A stretch of DNA of 55,855 bases, filler included, from Catajapyx aquilonaris (lineage: Eukaryota), in the NCBI GenBank assembly GCA_000934665.2. It is 2 parts of 2 records of this genome, joined end to end, with 100 filler letters (N's around TTAATTAATTAA, not from the genome) between each part and the next. Parts side by side here need not be neighbours in the genome. Positions count along the whole stretch, not along the records: positions 1 to 27,882 come from JYFJ02004984.1; 1 more part is not named here. One strand, written 5' to 3'. This document shows, piece after piece, positions 12,201 to 24,856 of the stretch. Numbering within the stretch: position 1 is the first letter of the stretch; each line of letters begins with the position of its first letter. A program made the position numbers and the translations under genes. The notes beneath the pieces were generated by a model. It was given only the letters and a program-made list of their open reading frames with translations, did no database searches and had not been told where the DNA came from.

Positions 12201-15200
12201 ACGCAAGGAGTTTGATGCGACTCAGAATTGCATTGTTGGATTAATTTTAAGGTCCCGGAGGCTGCGTTGACATCTGAGTGGGTTCCCAGGTCATGATCTT
12301 TTCCTTCCCTGTTTTATTATCCGACCCTGAATTTGGTAGGCATGGGATGTGTACGAAGTATGCATAACCAATAGTGTCTGAACGTGACTTCGTTCGTCTT
12401 TTGCAACTATTGTGGTCAAATACTTCTTTTTTTCATGTGCGATGATTCCGATATGGACACAAAATTTAAAATTCTTGCATTATTGGGCTTGCTGACCAGG
12501 GTTTTTTTCAGGCTGAAAAAAAAGTTCAATTGTCGCATCTTGTTTTGCCGGATGAACGTGCGGGACATGACAAACCAACTAGTGCGCTTCCTACACACTA
12601 AGGTAACTTTCGCATTGATGTTTGCGTGCCTCGAATGTCCGCTCCTCAAATTCCGATATTGACGAAACGGAAGGAATTCGGTGAGCTTCCGACATTCAAG
12701 CGAGGCGGGCCTTTTCCATGGGCCTTTTGCGACATGATAATTGATAAGTAAATACAAGGCAGTCATTACCTCCGTGCTTTCAAAGATTTCCTAACCTATA
12801 TAGTGCATAGACCTGAGAAACGAGCACCTAATGATGTAACAAGTCTCGATTTTCTGAGGTTAATGAGACACACCCTTTCTATCATATGTAACCTTAAAGT
12901 TGATAAAACAGGACGAATCACCGTGAAAGTTAGGCCTACAAAACCCGAAATGTGTGGAATAATTATTGTACACCAGATTTGATTATAGGCAATGACGAAA
13001 TATTATGATTTATTCACGATGGCTGATCAACAAAATACCAACGTGATAAAGCTGTTAGTGTCGCAATTTGCCTTATTACTAATTAATGCGTTGTTACTGT
13101 GATGATTGTTATTTCGAGAAATAATATTGTTTCCGTCATACCATGAGATAAACATGCCATTGCAATGCAACCAGACGAGTGAGCTTTAATTTTTTGTTTT
13201 TTTTCCTTCCACAAAAGTAATTAATTAATATATTACTAAAATCTTCGCGAATGATCAGTGACGTACCAAATTAAAACGATGCAATTCGAGTCATATATTC
13301 AGTTTTATTGTGCACTTGTTAAATCCCAACTGTACAGCCACTATAAAGTGCGCGAAATTATTTTTCATAAAACGCGCTTATTTTTGAGTAATTAGTGTAA
13401 AGAGTAATGTATATTTGTTTTCACTTATGGAAGTTGTGACAGTATAAGATAGTGTTTATCTTGCAGTATAAATACACATTCCTAATGCACCATACGACTG
13501 AGCCTGCAAATTATAGCAATTACAGCTTCGAGTGTGCAACAGCTATATACTAATCCAATGTAAGTGCGCAGCTATATACTGTTTGCAAAGGGACAGAAAC
13601 GTATTACTGCTGGTGGGTTTTAAATGCTCATTATGTATTTAGCTCTCAAATAGAATTCACCGCCTTTTGGGGTTTTTGAACGGTTAATTTTTACCTCCAG
13701 CTTATACACACACATTACCAGAGATGGTATAGTATCTTTACAAATTCTACTCTGACGCACCCTGAATATTCTCACACTTTTTTATTCAACGAGAATGAAT
13801 CGTGAATGAACGCTGGAAGTGCAAAGAATATGTCAAAAAATGCTCTTTGACCTTACATGCATTTTATAATACCGCACGCCCTTCTTTTCAAGCAGAAAAA
13901 AAGCCGTTTACGTCTTGTTAGCTTCCTGCCAGAGAAAAGAAATGTTTCTGTGGACTTTTGCCTCAAAGGGAAAAAAATTTGCCTTACCGCCTTCGTATAC
14001 CTCTCATGGGAGTTTCAAGAATAACCCAACAATGGGACAGGAGGGAGACAGCACCACGCAAAAAGAATAACTTTCTCATATTTTCACATAAAAAGAAAGT
14101 GTTTTGGAAATACACACGTTGGAAGATAATTATTTCCGACAGCCTCTTTTTTGGGGGGCGAAGAGTGAGCGTCTCTGACATGAATAAGCAATGAAAAGAG
14201 CGATCCTGGTGTATTGGGTGTGAGGTGGTGTGCAAGAGAAGCTATAGGGAGGTCGAGGGTAAATTCCCGCGGGAAATTTCCTTAACATGCCTGGAAACTC
14301 ATTGAAAGCAGTGAGACAGCAAATTAGGAGCAGTTAGCTGTGCTTTATTACATTTCCATGTCGCAGGTCTACGTTGCTCGTCTGATCTGCTTGGAAACCA
14401 AGCAGCAAAAGATAATTTTGTGTGTGTGTGGGCGAAGAGGATCGTATAAAAATTCACAATTAAAATGAGTGCGAATAAAAATGGTGAAGGTTATATCGAC
14501 CTCAGCGGCCTCTATTATGTTGAGTGGGCCTCTCATTACTATAATTAACGCGATTGTGAAATGACGGAATTAAGAGGGCATCACAATCTTATTTCAGCCT
14601 AGTTGAGTCCTATTTCCAGGAGCTGGAGAAACTGATATCCTATTATAAATGTCTCTCTTATTATGCCTATTGAGCTACAAATATTACTGCACATTAATAG
14701 TTGGAGAAAAAAATTAAAAGTCTATATATAGTGGTAATACTTTGAACAAAGCTCTGTGATTTGCATGTACTGTTTGCAAGGTGAACATGTCTGTTGCAGT
14801 CTATTGTACTTTTTTGTTTATAGTCGGAGCAGCTATACCTCAGTGGTTACCTGAAACAGCCGCATTGTTAGGCACTAAGTGATGATGGGAGTGACACTGC
14901 GATGACAAAAGCAAAGTGATGCTTTTGTCTATTTTGAGCGGCGGAAGTTGGTGCTGAAGTCGTGTGGCATCGAAATTCAATAGACTTTCAGCACAGGATA
15001 TGATAGCCCCAAATGCTAAACCCGCCACATTTTTCTTTCCAAAAAATTACGGCTTGAAGTTTATGAACGTAAACCACAGCCTTAAAAGCTGAAGTCACTT
15101 GTAATGTTTCATTACCATCAAGCACAGTCGTGTATAAAATTTATTCTGGATTTTTGATGACCGATAGTGACGTCACTCCAGCAAATTCTGTCGTAATTAA

Positions 15201-18200
15201 TCGAATCCCTAAAATGTATATGCTGAAATTAGGGCCAAGTTTTTCCTGTGGTTTCCTAATTACACTTTGGAAAGGACAGAGTTGTTGACAAGGTCTCATC
15301 CTCCTCGGGCTTTTATATCCGGAAGTGATGCAACTTCCAGTTCAGAAAAAGGAGTCCTTGTTTCTGTATGCAAACGCGCCGGATGCCATTAATTGAATGG
15401 CAGTCTGGGTGTAATTGCATGCTGAATATTTTGTAAATATTTTTTGGGTGGATTCTTCCGTTTCCTTAATTGTTTGTGCCGGTACTGTACGCAGAGCTGT
15501 CTTACTTTATGGAACTTGCAGTGACATTACACAACCCGACATGTCATACCTCAGGACCAGACCTCCTCGGAACCTCCAGAAGGCTTAATAATAATATTTA
15601 CAAGCTAGATTTGGCTCCTCAATGCTGCGTTCTACTTACAACCACAGCACATACTGTGCATTCAGTATCATTGCGTATAATAAATTATTATGCGAAAAAG
15701 ATCTCCTGACTCCCCAAGGCAAAAACGCATTAAATTGGCATTTTTATCATTTTTACTATCAGAACAGCAGTTTGAAGCTGATTACACTTACTTGTGTAAT
15801 TATTCCCCCAAAGACAGTGCACGGAACACATCTTGACTTTAAGCTGCAAGGTAACGTTTAAAAAAATACGAACATTTTGTACGGTATCGCCTGAGCCTAC
15901 AAGAGACTATTCATCTTGTTGAATCGTGTACAGGTGATACTGGCCGTTTCAGTGACGTCATCGTAGGAGGATCTACTTTGCAAAGTGATTCATCCTAGTC
16001 TCTGGAGTGGCTAGGCAAAAAGCCATTTATCAGGAAGGCCTATTCTCTGTTACACATGCAACTTTTTATCAACTTTGAGAAATATTAGGTAAAAGAAAAG
16101 TGGCAAAGAATTATGTTTGAATTATGCAAAAATCTCGTCATTCTCACACTACTAGTTGCCAAAATTTGAAGAAGAAAAAATGTTCCCGATGTGTCCACGT
16201 AGGCCTCTCATATAGATAGCGCATTCTGCACACTCCTGCCACTCCGGATCGTACGAGTGATGGCGGTACTACCAGCTCGGACAAACAGCAGACAGAAAGA
16301 CATAGTCAATTAGTAGAATAATAATTCTCTATCAGTTATGACGACATTCAAAGACCTCAGCAAAATGGCCAGATGAATCCTGAGCTGTTTGAAACTGAAA
16401 AAGTAATGAGCAATGTTTTGGTGCAGCCTAATTTACGAGGGTGGCCAGCTATGTAAACGAGCCAATGGCAGTTGTCGCAATATATCCGGAGAGGCTACGA
16501 GAAGGGAATGAAGCAGAGGCGAGAGGAAGAGGGGACCACATCTCGTTATCCGGGATAACACTGAGAGCCACTTGAAGCTTTTCCACTCCGGAGCATCCCA
16601 GCCGACACTCGTGCCCGGATTACAGAAAATGAGCCACCGGTTACGTATACGCATTTCTGGCCTGCTTCTTCATTTATAACCCGGGGAATATAAACTCGTC
16701 ACAAATCCCATTCCTTATGCATACTCTTGCCGCCTCTAATTTCAGCCATGCGTCTTCCCATGGGGGTCACTCTCGAGTAATAAGTAATAAGTACTTACCG
16801 AGAGGGGTCACGTCCCAATTTGAGCACACGCGACACTGGAAGTAATGTACTGTGCAATCGCTATTTTTTTTAGTGCAAGTACCGGATGTATGGAAACCCG
16901 CAGAGTGTTTGATAGGAGAGCTGACATCTCATTTTTGGCGACAGTCTGTCTCTTGCTTCCGGCGAGGATTTTTTTTTTTTTTTTTTGCAAACGGGGTCGA
17001 AAAATAGGATCATGACATACTTGCGAAATGAGATATCAGCATATTTTGTGGAGGAAGTTGAATGATGAGGCATGAAGGGCAAGGTTGGGTTGAACTTGAC
17101 CCCCCCTGAATTGTTACGGAACAAATAGGGAAATAAATAAAGCAAAATTTGCACTTTTATATACTGTCACATTCACTTGCAGATTTTCTATTGTCATCTC
17201 AGTTTGCGGTACAGTAGGTTATGTATATGACATATAGTGAAGCTAACTGCGGTTGAATGCAAAGTGATACGGACAGGATGAGTTCAGAGGTGACTTTTTT
17301 ATTTATTTCGAGAGTTTCTGATGAGTTGTAGTGTGCTGCAGGATCGTATGTAGTTAGTGAAGTGGTTGCTGCCTCGTCAGCATGACAAGAGATGCGACGT
17401 AATTTTTGCGCTGTTGGATTAACTGCAAATAAAATGTCCTCTTTATATGTAAAAATAAGCCGTTTCCACACAACTATACAGACTATACTATCCAGAGTGT
17501 TTATAAACATGAACAAACTTTAAAAGTGCACATTGCCTTGTAATATATTCGTGTTATACTGTACAATACTTCAGTTCGCGAGAAAAATAACTTATAAGCA
17601 TGTTACAATCCACTGTTCATTTTTGAGACACCTTGTTCGTTGCATCTCCGGCTGCACCGAATTATAATTTTCCAACTGTTTTAAAAAGGTAGAGTTACTG
17701 TACTTCCTGTATACATAGAAACTTCCCAAAAGCTGTTGGATGTTGCAATTAACACTATTTTTATTGTGCCCATTTCATTTTCGCACTCATGTGTGTTACA
17801 ATTATCCGGCTTCATAGTCAATTTAAATCAGCTTTCTTTTATCCGGCTGCAGGAGAGCCTTGTAAAGTGTACGTTTCATTTACTAATTATTTTTATGGTA
17901 CACAACACCGGTTGTGGGAAAATATGTCATTGTGTTATACGCATGATAAAAGGAATCTGATAGTTTAATGCAGAAACAGTTGCAGTCTGTGCTGCACAGT
18001 AGTTTGTCTCACACCACACAAAAAATATGGATCAAACACTTCTTTCCACTTCTTTTGCCTTGTTTTTATATACGAAAAGGAAACTAACGAGCGCATCATT
18101 CTGCGTCTGGCATTGGAAACCCTGGCGCCATTTTCAGCCTGAACTCCTTGCAAAACTTGATAATACGAATCTGTATGTTAATGATGTGCCGTTACTGTAA

Positions 18201-20081
18201 AGCAAGTCCACGAAAAAACATGTATTTAAAGCACAAAGTTGATGCATGTTTCCGTGCTGATGCTTTCTCTATGATGGAAGCCTGATTATGTTTACAATGT
18301 GCCCCCTTTTTAATTACACGTGTGTGTGATCGCTACGTGTTAATGATGTTTAAATATTGTAGAGCAGCTCTCCTGTTGTTTTTTTAAACGAAACATGCCA
18401 TAGATATTTTGATATTCAAGGTTACTCAAGTGATTCTGAGGAAACGGGCCCCGCACAATTTATTATCCCTAAATTATACCGTAGCCGTTTAATGGCGAGG
18501 TTTCTTGACTTAAGTAGTTTGGGTATGAAGTAGGGCCATTATCAATATAAGCTGATCAGCAAAGGGCGTCGTAATCCTCAAGGCGCCGAGTGCTCCTCAA
18601 ACACCCAAGCGCCTTATGATGTAACAAACTCCGAATTAGCTTTATATTCCAAAAGTTTGCCCAAGATTATTCCGGAAGAGCCCTGCACACTCTGAAGGTG
18701 TTTCTGTAAGGTTACATTCAAATTACCCTTGCGAGGTACTTTTTGCCTAAGGTTTTTGTCAAGTTCATCAAAAGTTATGGACCGCCCTGAGAGTCCCAAA
18801 AGTCCAAATTGGTCCACATATTATTAACTTAACTTTCAGCCAGAAGACTCACATGAAACACAATAATTGAATGACCAAATGAAACAATATTGTTCAAGTA
18901 CGATTCGTTTGTTCATAGATGTGTACTGCTTCAAATGTTAATGGCTATTAATGATCAAAATATGATAACTCCGAAAAATGATTTCTCTGCTGAACTTAGA
19001 CCCCTCGTTCTATTCAATATACGGGCAATAAATCACAAAATTCAAGGTTTCGCTGTATGTGCAATTTTTATCAAGTTTGCGTTGCGCGTCAAGAGGCAAT
19101 AAACAATACCCGGAATAATTTCTATCTAACCAAAAAAAAGTGATGATAAAGATTGTAAATAACACTGATTAGAATCCAGTTTTATTTACATTTGTTTTCT
19201 CCCTCCTAAACTTTCGACAGGGCCAGAAGTCACATTTTTTTGTGTGTTCAAACTGCAGCCAAAGACTTTCAGAGTTGAACAAAGTACTTCTGCGATATTC
19301 TACTCCACTTTTAGTATTGATCAACCACAATGTCTCCTTTACAAATCGAGTAGGAAAAAAATACGAGGGGGAAAGCGAAATGAAGTCATTCTGATTCTGG
19401 TCCAAACTGGTAAAAAAAAACAAGTCCTTGGCTCGATATCAGTTCAGCAAAGGCACCAAACTGTCTGCTGTTGATACTGACATAAACCGTGAACCATGAC
19501 TTTCCTCATTTTGTTTTTTTTTGTCTGTGTGTCCAATATGCTTTATCAGCTCTTTTTGACGCAGGGAAATGCATTGCATAAAATTGCGGGGTTCAAAAGG
19601 TCGCTTATGAGTAAACCAGAGCCGTTGTTGTGCATGCAAATATTATATTTTTTTTGAGTTGTTGAAACAGTGCAAGTGTAGAGATTCCCAGTGTGGGCTT
19701 GGTGGTGTCGATTTTGCGTGGGAACTTTTGCATATTTTCTTTTTTAGAGTGATGTAACAGTGATTTTGGCTGAACATGAAGGAAAGGGCGACTCAATAAC
19801 AACCAGCGATTTACATGTGGTAACGAACACTTTTGTTGCCACCGGACACTCCCCTTCTAAATTATAGACGCTGATTCTGCTTGGAGGTAATTAGCGTGCG
19901 GTGACCTACATGCCCTTCAATCAACAAAAGTAGATGTGGCGCCATCTCTTGTTACATCCAGCACATGTGGCGACACCTGTTGACCTGAATAATATTGTTG
20001 TGCACTTAATATCATTCTAATTATTTCGCTGATCTATGTACATTTTGTTGCAGCTCGGCAGTACAATTCACGTTCTAAGAC

Positions 20082-20173
20082 ATGATGAACTCCACACTCT
20101 TCGCCTGCTTGGCCATTATGGGATCTCTGCTGCTTCTTACGTCTACTCCAGCCACAGGAAGCTCGATCTACAG
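20082..20173 (+). CDS. Dh31: DH31 precursor, first coding exon (signal peptide); whole exon 20054-20173
   Basis: Acceptor TTTTGTTGCAG ends at 20053. ATG at 20082 reads MMNSTLFACLAIMGSLLLLTSTPATGSSIY+AG, with a hydrophobic core and an A-x-G signal peptidase site. Donor CAG|GTGAGA, phase 2. Confidence 0.9.
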
Positions 20174-20891
20174 GTGAGACACACTACCTTCTTTTTTCTT
20201 TTCTTTCACACACATTGTTGGGTATTATTTATTGCGCACTCGCTTTTTGGAGAGGCCGCCCAAACCTGTGCTTGTGGGTCGATGCTGGTTTCGAGTTTCC
20301 ATATCTAAGGTTTCCAATTTTCGCTCTCCGTTAATGAACTTGCAAAATCATCTCCCAACTATAGTTGGCACGTGTAGTTCTGGCTCTTTTCTTGTAAAAA
20401 AGTTGTGATAAAAACATGGATGTGACGTTGAAATTGTTTTACACTGTTTTTTCGAAAAGTAGGCTACAGTATTTTGTTTTTAGAACTATGTGGGGAGAGA
20501 GTTATAGGTCAGGAAGCAGAGATTTCAAAATATAGAAACATCATGAAGCCTGACATCCTCCATTGAAGACCACCAACGGCAAAGATTATTTAGACTAATT
20601 ACTCCCGCTAATCTAATCAAGTGATGAAATTACGGGGACAGAAACGCAAAGAGACTAACCGCAGCATAGTAGCTGGAATTTGAAAGCACTCGAACCATTC
20701 TCATCAGTAGTTAATTTCCGAGCATGAGATGGGATGCAATTTATTTACTAGTGAAGTTCCCGGAGAGGTAACCTGATTTTCCTGCGGGTAACGTCCGGGA
20801 CCATTTTGCACCCTCCCAAAAAAAACGAAAGCACCTTCATCTCCATTTGTATTTTCCTGGGGGGATTTTATTTATTGTTACACATTTGCAG

Positions 20892-20984
20892 GTACCAGCA
20901 GTATCCGTCGCTTGAGGACCAGGCCAACCGGATTTGGGAGAGCCTCATTTTAAATGACCTGATGCGGTCATCAGACGCTGCGAA
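20892..20984 (+). CDS. Dh31: DH31 precursor, second coding exon (propeptide spacer)
   Basis: Acceptor CATTTGCAG ends at 20891. The 93 nt read (R)YQQYPSLEDQANRIWESLILNDLMRSSDAA+AA. Donor AA|GTAAGT. Phase 2 at both ends matches the neighbouring exons. Confidence 0.85.
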
Positions 20985-22142
20985 GTAAGTGACCCCTCTT
21001 TTTTTGTAGCCAACTGGGACACAAACCCGGAACAATAAAGGCCTTCCCCCCAATGTAACCGGAGACTCATCCGGATCATTCGCTCCGGATCACACCCTCC
21101 CTTCAATCAAGAAGTGTCAAGGACGTAAAAAATTTGTCGCAATCGCTCTGTCCGGACATTAGAACCAGCCGGCCATAAAATAGGATCGCACTGTAAATCT
21201 GGGGAGCTACATTCAAAGGGGATGAGTTCACCCCCAAAAAATAGATCTACGAGTATAACAGACTCTTTAAAAAAAAATTAAATAATAATTTTTTTCATCA
21301 CAATGTTGACAATCGTACTACCGGTGCTTGTACGATCAATTTATTACTCAAGTGTGCCTCGTTTTTGATGCAGGGAAATGGCTTCGTCTCGGGGCCATCA
21401 TCAAGCTAATCTGAGTTCGTTAGCTGCATCCGTGCAAGCTTGCCTTTGCCGTTAATATGTGTGTAACCCAGACACTAATCCACATAAATCAGGGGGGCCT
21501 CCGGATTTATATGACGTAATTTTGCAGGCGTGAGTTTCTGCCTAAATCATCCGGATTCAAATGAATTCTCTCACCGTCCTGACATTAACGAGGAAATTTT
21601 TATCCCACCGTCACCTCCATCTCCCGAGTTTATTTTTAGCGTGTAATAAACTGGAATTTGGTGCGATATGTCCTGTTGCATTATTAAACACAAATGGTAG
21701 CTGTTTTTTGCGACATTATTATACATTTATTCACTTATTATACACAGCTCGTGTGATCGCGACAATTGGAGAGAGAAAAAAAAACTGACAGCTAATTATC
21801 GTCGGTTTATACGATCCAAATTCATTCAGTGTTCAGTTTGTTCATTACAACTATTTAGTAATTACGCGCCGGCGAATGTGTTAATTTGCATGCGGGCTGT
21901 ATACGGGCTCATTCCAAGCGTAAATTTGACGGCGATAAAAAAAAGGCTACAGTAACAATTATTTCGACCTCTATCAGATTAAGTGCCTCAATTTGCGTAT
22001 TCGTGGCCAACCAAAATTTTGCATTTGCTTCACTGTACTGGCCATAAACACGAATTTCTCGTGTAACTTTGGTTGCACATATTCTTTGTAATTTTGCGTA
22101 TAAAAAGTGACATTTTGATCTGACATTTATTTATTATTCCAG

Positions 22143-22290
22143 CTCTAAGAGAGGCTTGGACTTCGGTATGGGTCGAGGTTTCTCCGGAAGTCAAGCCGCC
22201 AAGCATTTGGTTGGACTGGCGGCCGCCAACTTCGCAGGAGGTCCAGGCAAGAAGAAAAGGAGCATGGAATCTGAAGCAGAGGACAACTAA
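22143..22290 (+). CDS. Dh31: DH31 precursor, last coding exon; mature 31-aa peptide encoded at 22153-22245
   Basis: Acceptor TTATTATTCCAG ends at 22142. Reads (N)[48 protein letters not shown]. The peptide is exactly 31 residues between KR and the amidating Gly, and is near-identical to arthropod DH31 (cockroach [36 protein letters not shown]). Confidence 0.98.
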
Positions 22291-23069
22291 ATCTGTCTCC
22301 ATTTGCTCTCTTTATCACAAACCTCTCCCTTCCCTCTCCACCACCCCAAAATAAAACAATCCACAGGTATATTAATTTGGAGCCAGAAAAATAATCTGAC
22401 AGCAAAAAAAAAAATGTGTATTAGTCCATCAATTACGCTTCCTTCCTCTACTTGCCTTATTCCTTTCAAATCTGTGTACACGCCAAATTTTCAAAGTCGA
22501 TGTGTGCCAGAATGGTTTCTGAAAAAAAATTTGAATTCTGGAAGGTTGTACAGTACCGAGGGGGAAAAAACTTATTAATTGGCGGCTATTTGCATAGTAC
22601 AGCTTCGATGTGAGTTTTATTTTGTAATGAACAAAATGTATACTGAACGTAATACACTGTGTAATATATTATAATGCTTTTTACTGTCACTATATCGTCG
22701 CCAATAGACTGGTTATAAGGTGCTACTGGCAAAAGTCTCCAAATATATATTTAACGACTTTGTACGTAACTATTGCAAGTAGAGTTTTTGGGCCCACACT
22801 TATACGTTTAACTGTAAAAAAATTTGAGACTTTTGACCTGGTATTTTATTTTTCTCACACAATCTTCTTCCCTCCAAATGAAAATTGTATACTATATCAA
22901 ATATTTATGCGCAAGAATTATATTCTTCTATGTAGCCATATTGTAACCGCGGAGTCGCCCAATTTTAAAAAAAGGTGGTACGTTTAATTAAAGCGAAAAA
23001 TTATTTTCAGTAAACATATAAATTGCTCGAATGCTGTACAGCACTTCTATGAAATTTAATTTTAATGTG

Positions 23070-23140
23070 AATAAAATTCTGTAGACTTGTGTAAGCATCA
23101 TTGTATCGTCTTCCTGCGATTTTTTTTCCAGTGTCTTTTC
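23070..23140 (+). terminator. Likely polyadenylation signal of DH31 (3' UTR ~0.8 kb)
   Basis: AATAAA at 23070-23075, followed ~20-25 nt later by CA dinucleotides and a T/GT-rich tract (TTTTTTTTCCAGTGTCTTTTC). A proximal AATAAA also occurs at 22350-22355. Confidence 0.5.
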
Positions 23141-24709
23141 AGCTACATTTTTACATTATTTTATTTTTGTAATTTTTATGACACTTTTGCGTATACGGTA
23201 GTGTTGTCTCCAGAGTTGGCTTTCTCTGGAACTTCCTGCCACCTGGTATCGTTGGTGTGATCCTCTAGTTTCATCCACATTTCAGTAGATGGCAACCGAA
23301 TTGCCAGTTGTTGTCGATTAACCTTCAAACCGGGTTGCATGACCGGTTTCTTTCGCCATCTGGTCCTGTTAGGACCAACTGCCCAGAGCGATGACCTTGC
23401 CTTGCCAAGAAAGAACTATTGACCTTGGCCGGAAGGAAGGTCTGGCGTAGTAAGAGCTAGAAGAAGAAAAAAAACAAAGGAAACTTCTCACGGAGGGGTC
23501 TGGAGGGTACGAAAAAAAAGGGGCCGAAAATTGCTAGTTGCAACGTAGATTGTCCGTTACTCTCTAATTTTAGCACCATTTTTTATATGTCAAGTCTGGC
23601 CACACGCTTCTTTTCGCGAAATATGTGCTAACAGTTACTTGGAAAAAAATTCGTAATCCTTTTTTTTTCTCGGTATATTATGACACCTGGATGGCCGTGT
23701 AAACTTTTTATTCTTGGTAAAATAGATTGGGTGTCGTTTCTGGTATGACTTCCTTTTCAGATTCGGTCGAGTGTGGACGACAGATAAAATGGGCGATGAA
23801 TTATTAATAGGCTGGCCGATTGTAATGCAATAAGTGTTTGTCAAATTGGCAAAATCTGAAAGTCAATCCGACTCTGGCGCATTATAACTATAGGATAAAC
23901 TGGTTGTGCTCAGAGCTCAGTGTGTGAATAGGCCAATTTTATTCCTGGCCAGGTGGAGGCTTCTTGTCCTCTTTTTGCCTTTATTATTACCGATCATAAT
24001 ACAAAACCTGGATGGCCTGAAGGAGGGCACGTGCGCTGACCACTTTCGGTTGCACCACATGGCTGGAGAGCCAATTACGACTTGAAAGGCAGGTGTAATC
24101 AGGATAATCTTTCATGTGCCGTTTTCACTTCCTGCAAATAAAATAAAGGCTAACCAAGCATTAGGCCTCTCGAATCTTCTGGCATTATATGCGTCATAGG
24201 TTAGATTACTTAAACATTGTCTGTTTGGTTGCTTCATAGGGATCATGAATGTAATTGCAATAATTGCATATTGTTCGTTGGCTATTCTCATAATAATATT
24301 GTAATGACCAACGATTGGAACCACATTTGTATTTAGAAATCAAACTTTCGTGTATTTCTGAAAAGTTTATTAACCCAATTTATTAATTTGGTGATCAAAT
24401 GTCACTTTCAAACTCTGCGATACCTTCATAGATCCGTTACGAACATATACAGCCTTTGAGGAGAGACAAATAAGGAAATAAAAATATCGCATAAAAATAA
24501 TGTTTCTGAATAGAAAACACTTCATGTATGATAATGCCAATATTCATAACTCGTATTTTGCAGAAGTACACTAGCTCATCCTGGAAGTTAGACTCTCCCT
24601 GTGGACAAGATGAAGGGTTTCGGGTATCTATGTGTCAGGATAAACACTCTCGTATCTCCTGTAACTAATCAGTCGATGTAAAAGGTCAGTATACCGCATT
24701 ATCACGAAG

Positions 24710-24856
24710 CATAAGGTAAGTCCCACCCACAGCCTTATCTGAATCATACCCACTCCACAGATCACCCACAGTGCTGATTGACCCAGTGTAATAAGAAGAT
24801 ATAGATGAGATGTTCAGTTACATTTTGTCAATACTTGTGGATGGGACTTGCTTTAT
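24710..24856. mobile_element. Small old inverted-repeat element (MITE-like)
   Basis: CATAAGGTAAGTCCCACCCACA versus the reverse complement of TGTGGATGGGACTTGCTTTATG. Confidence 0.45.
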
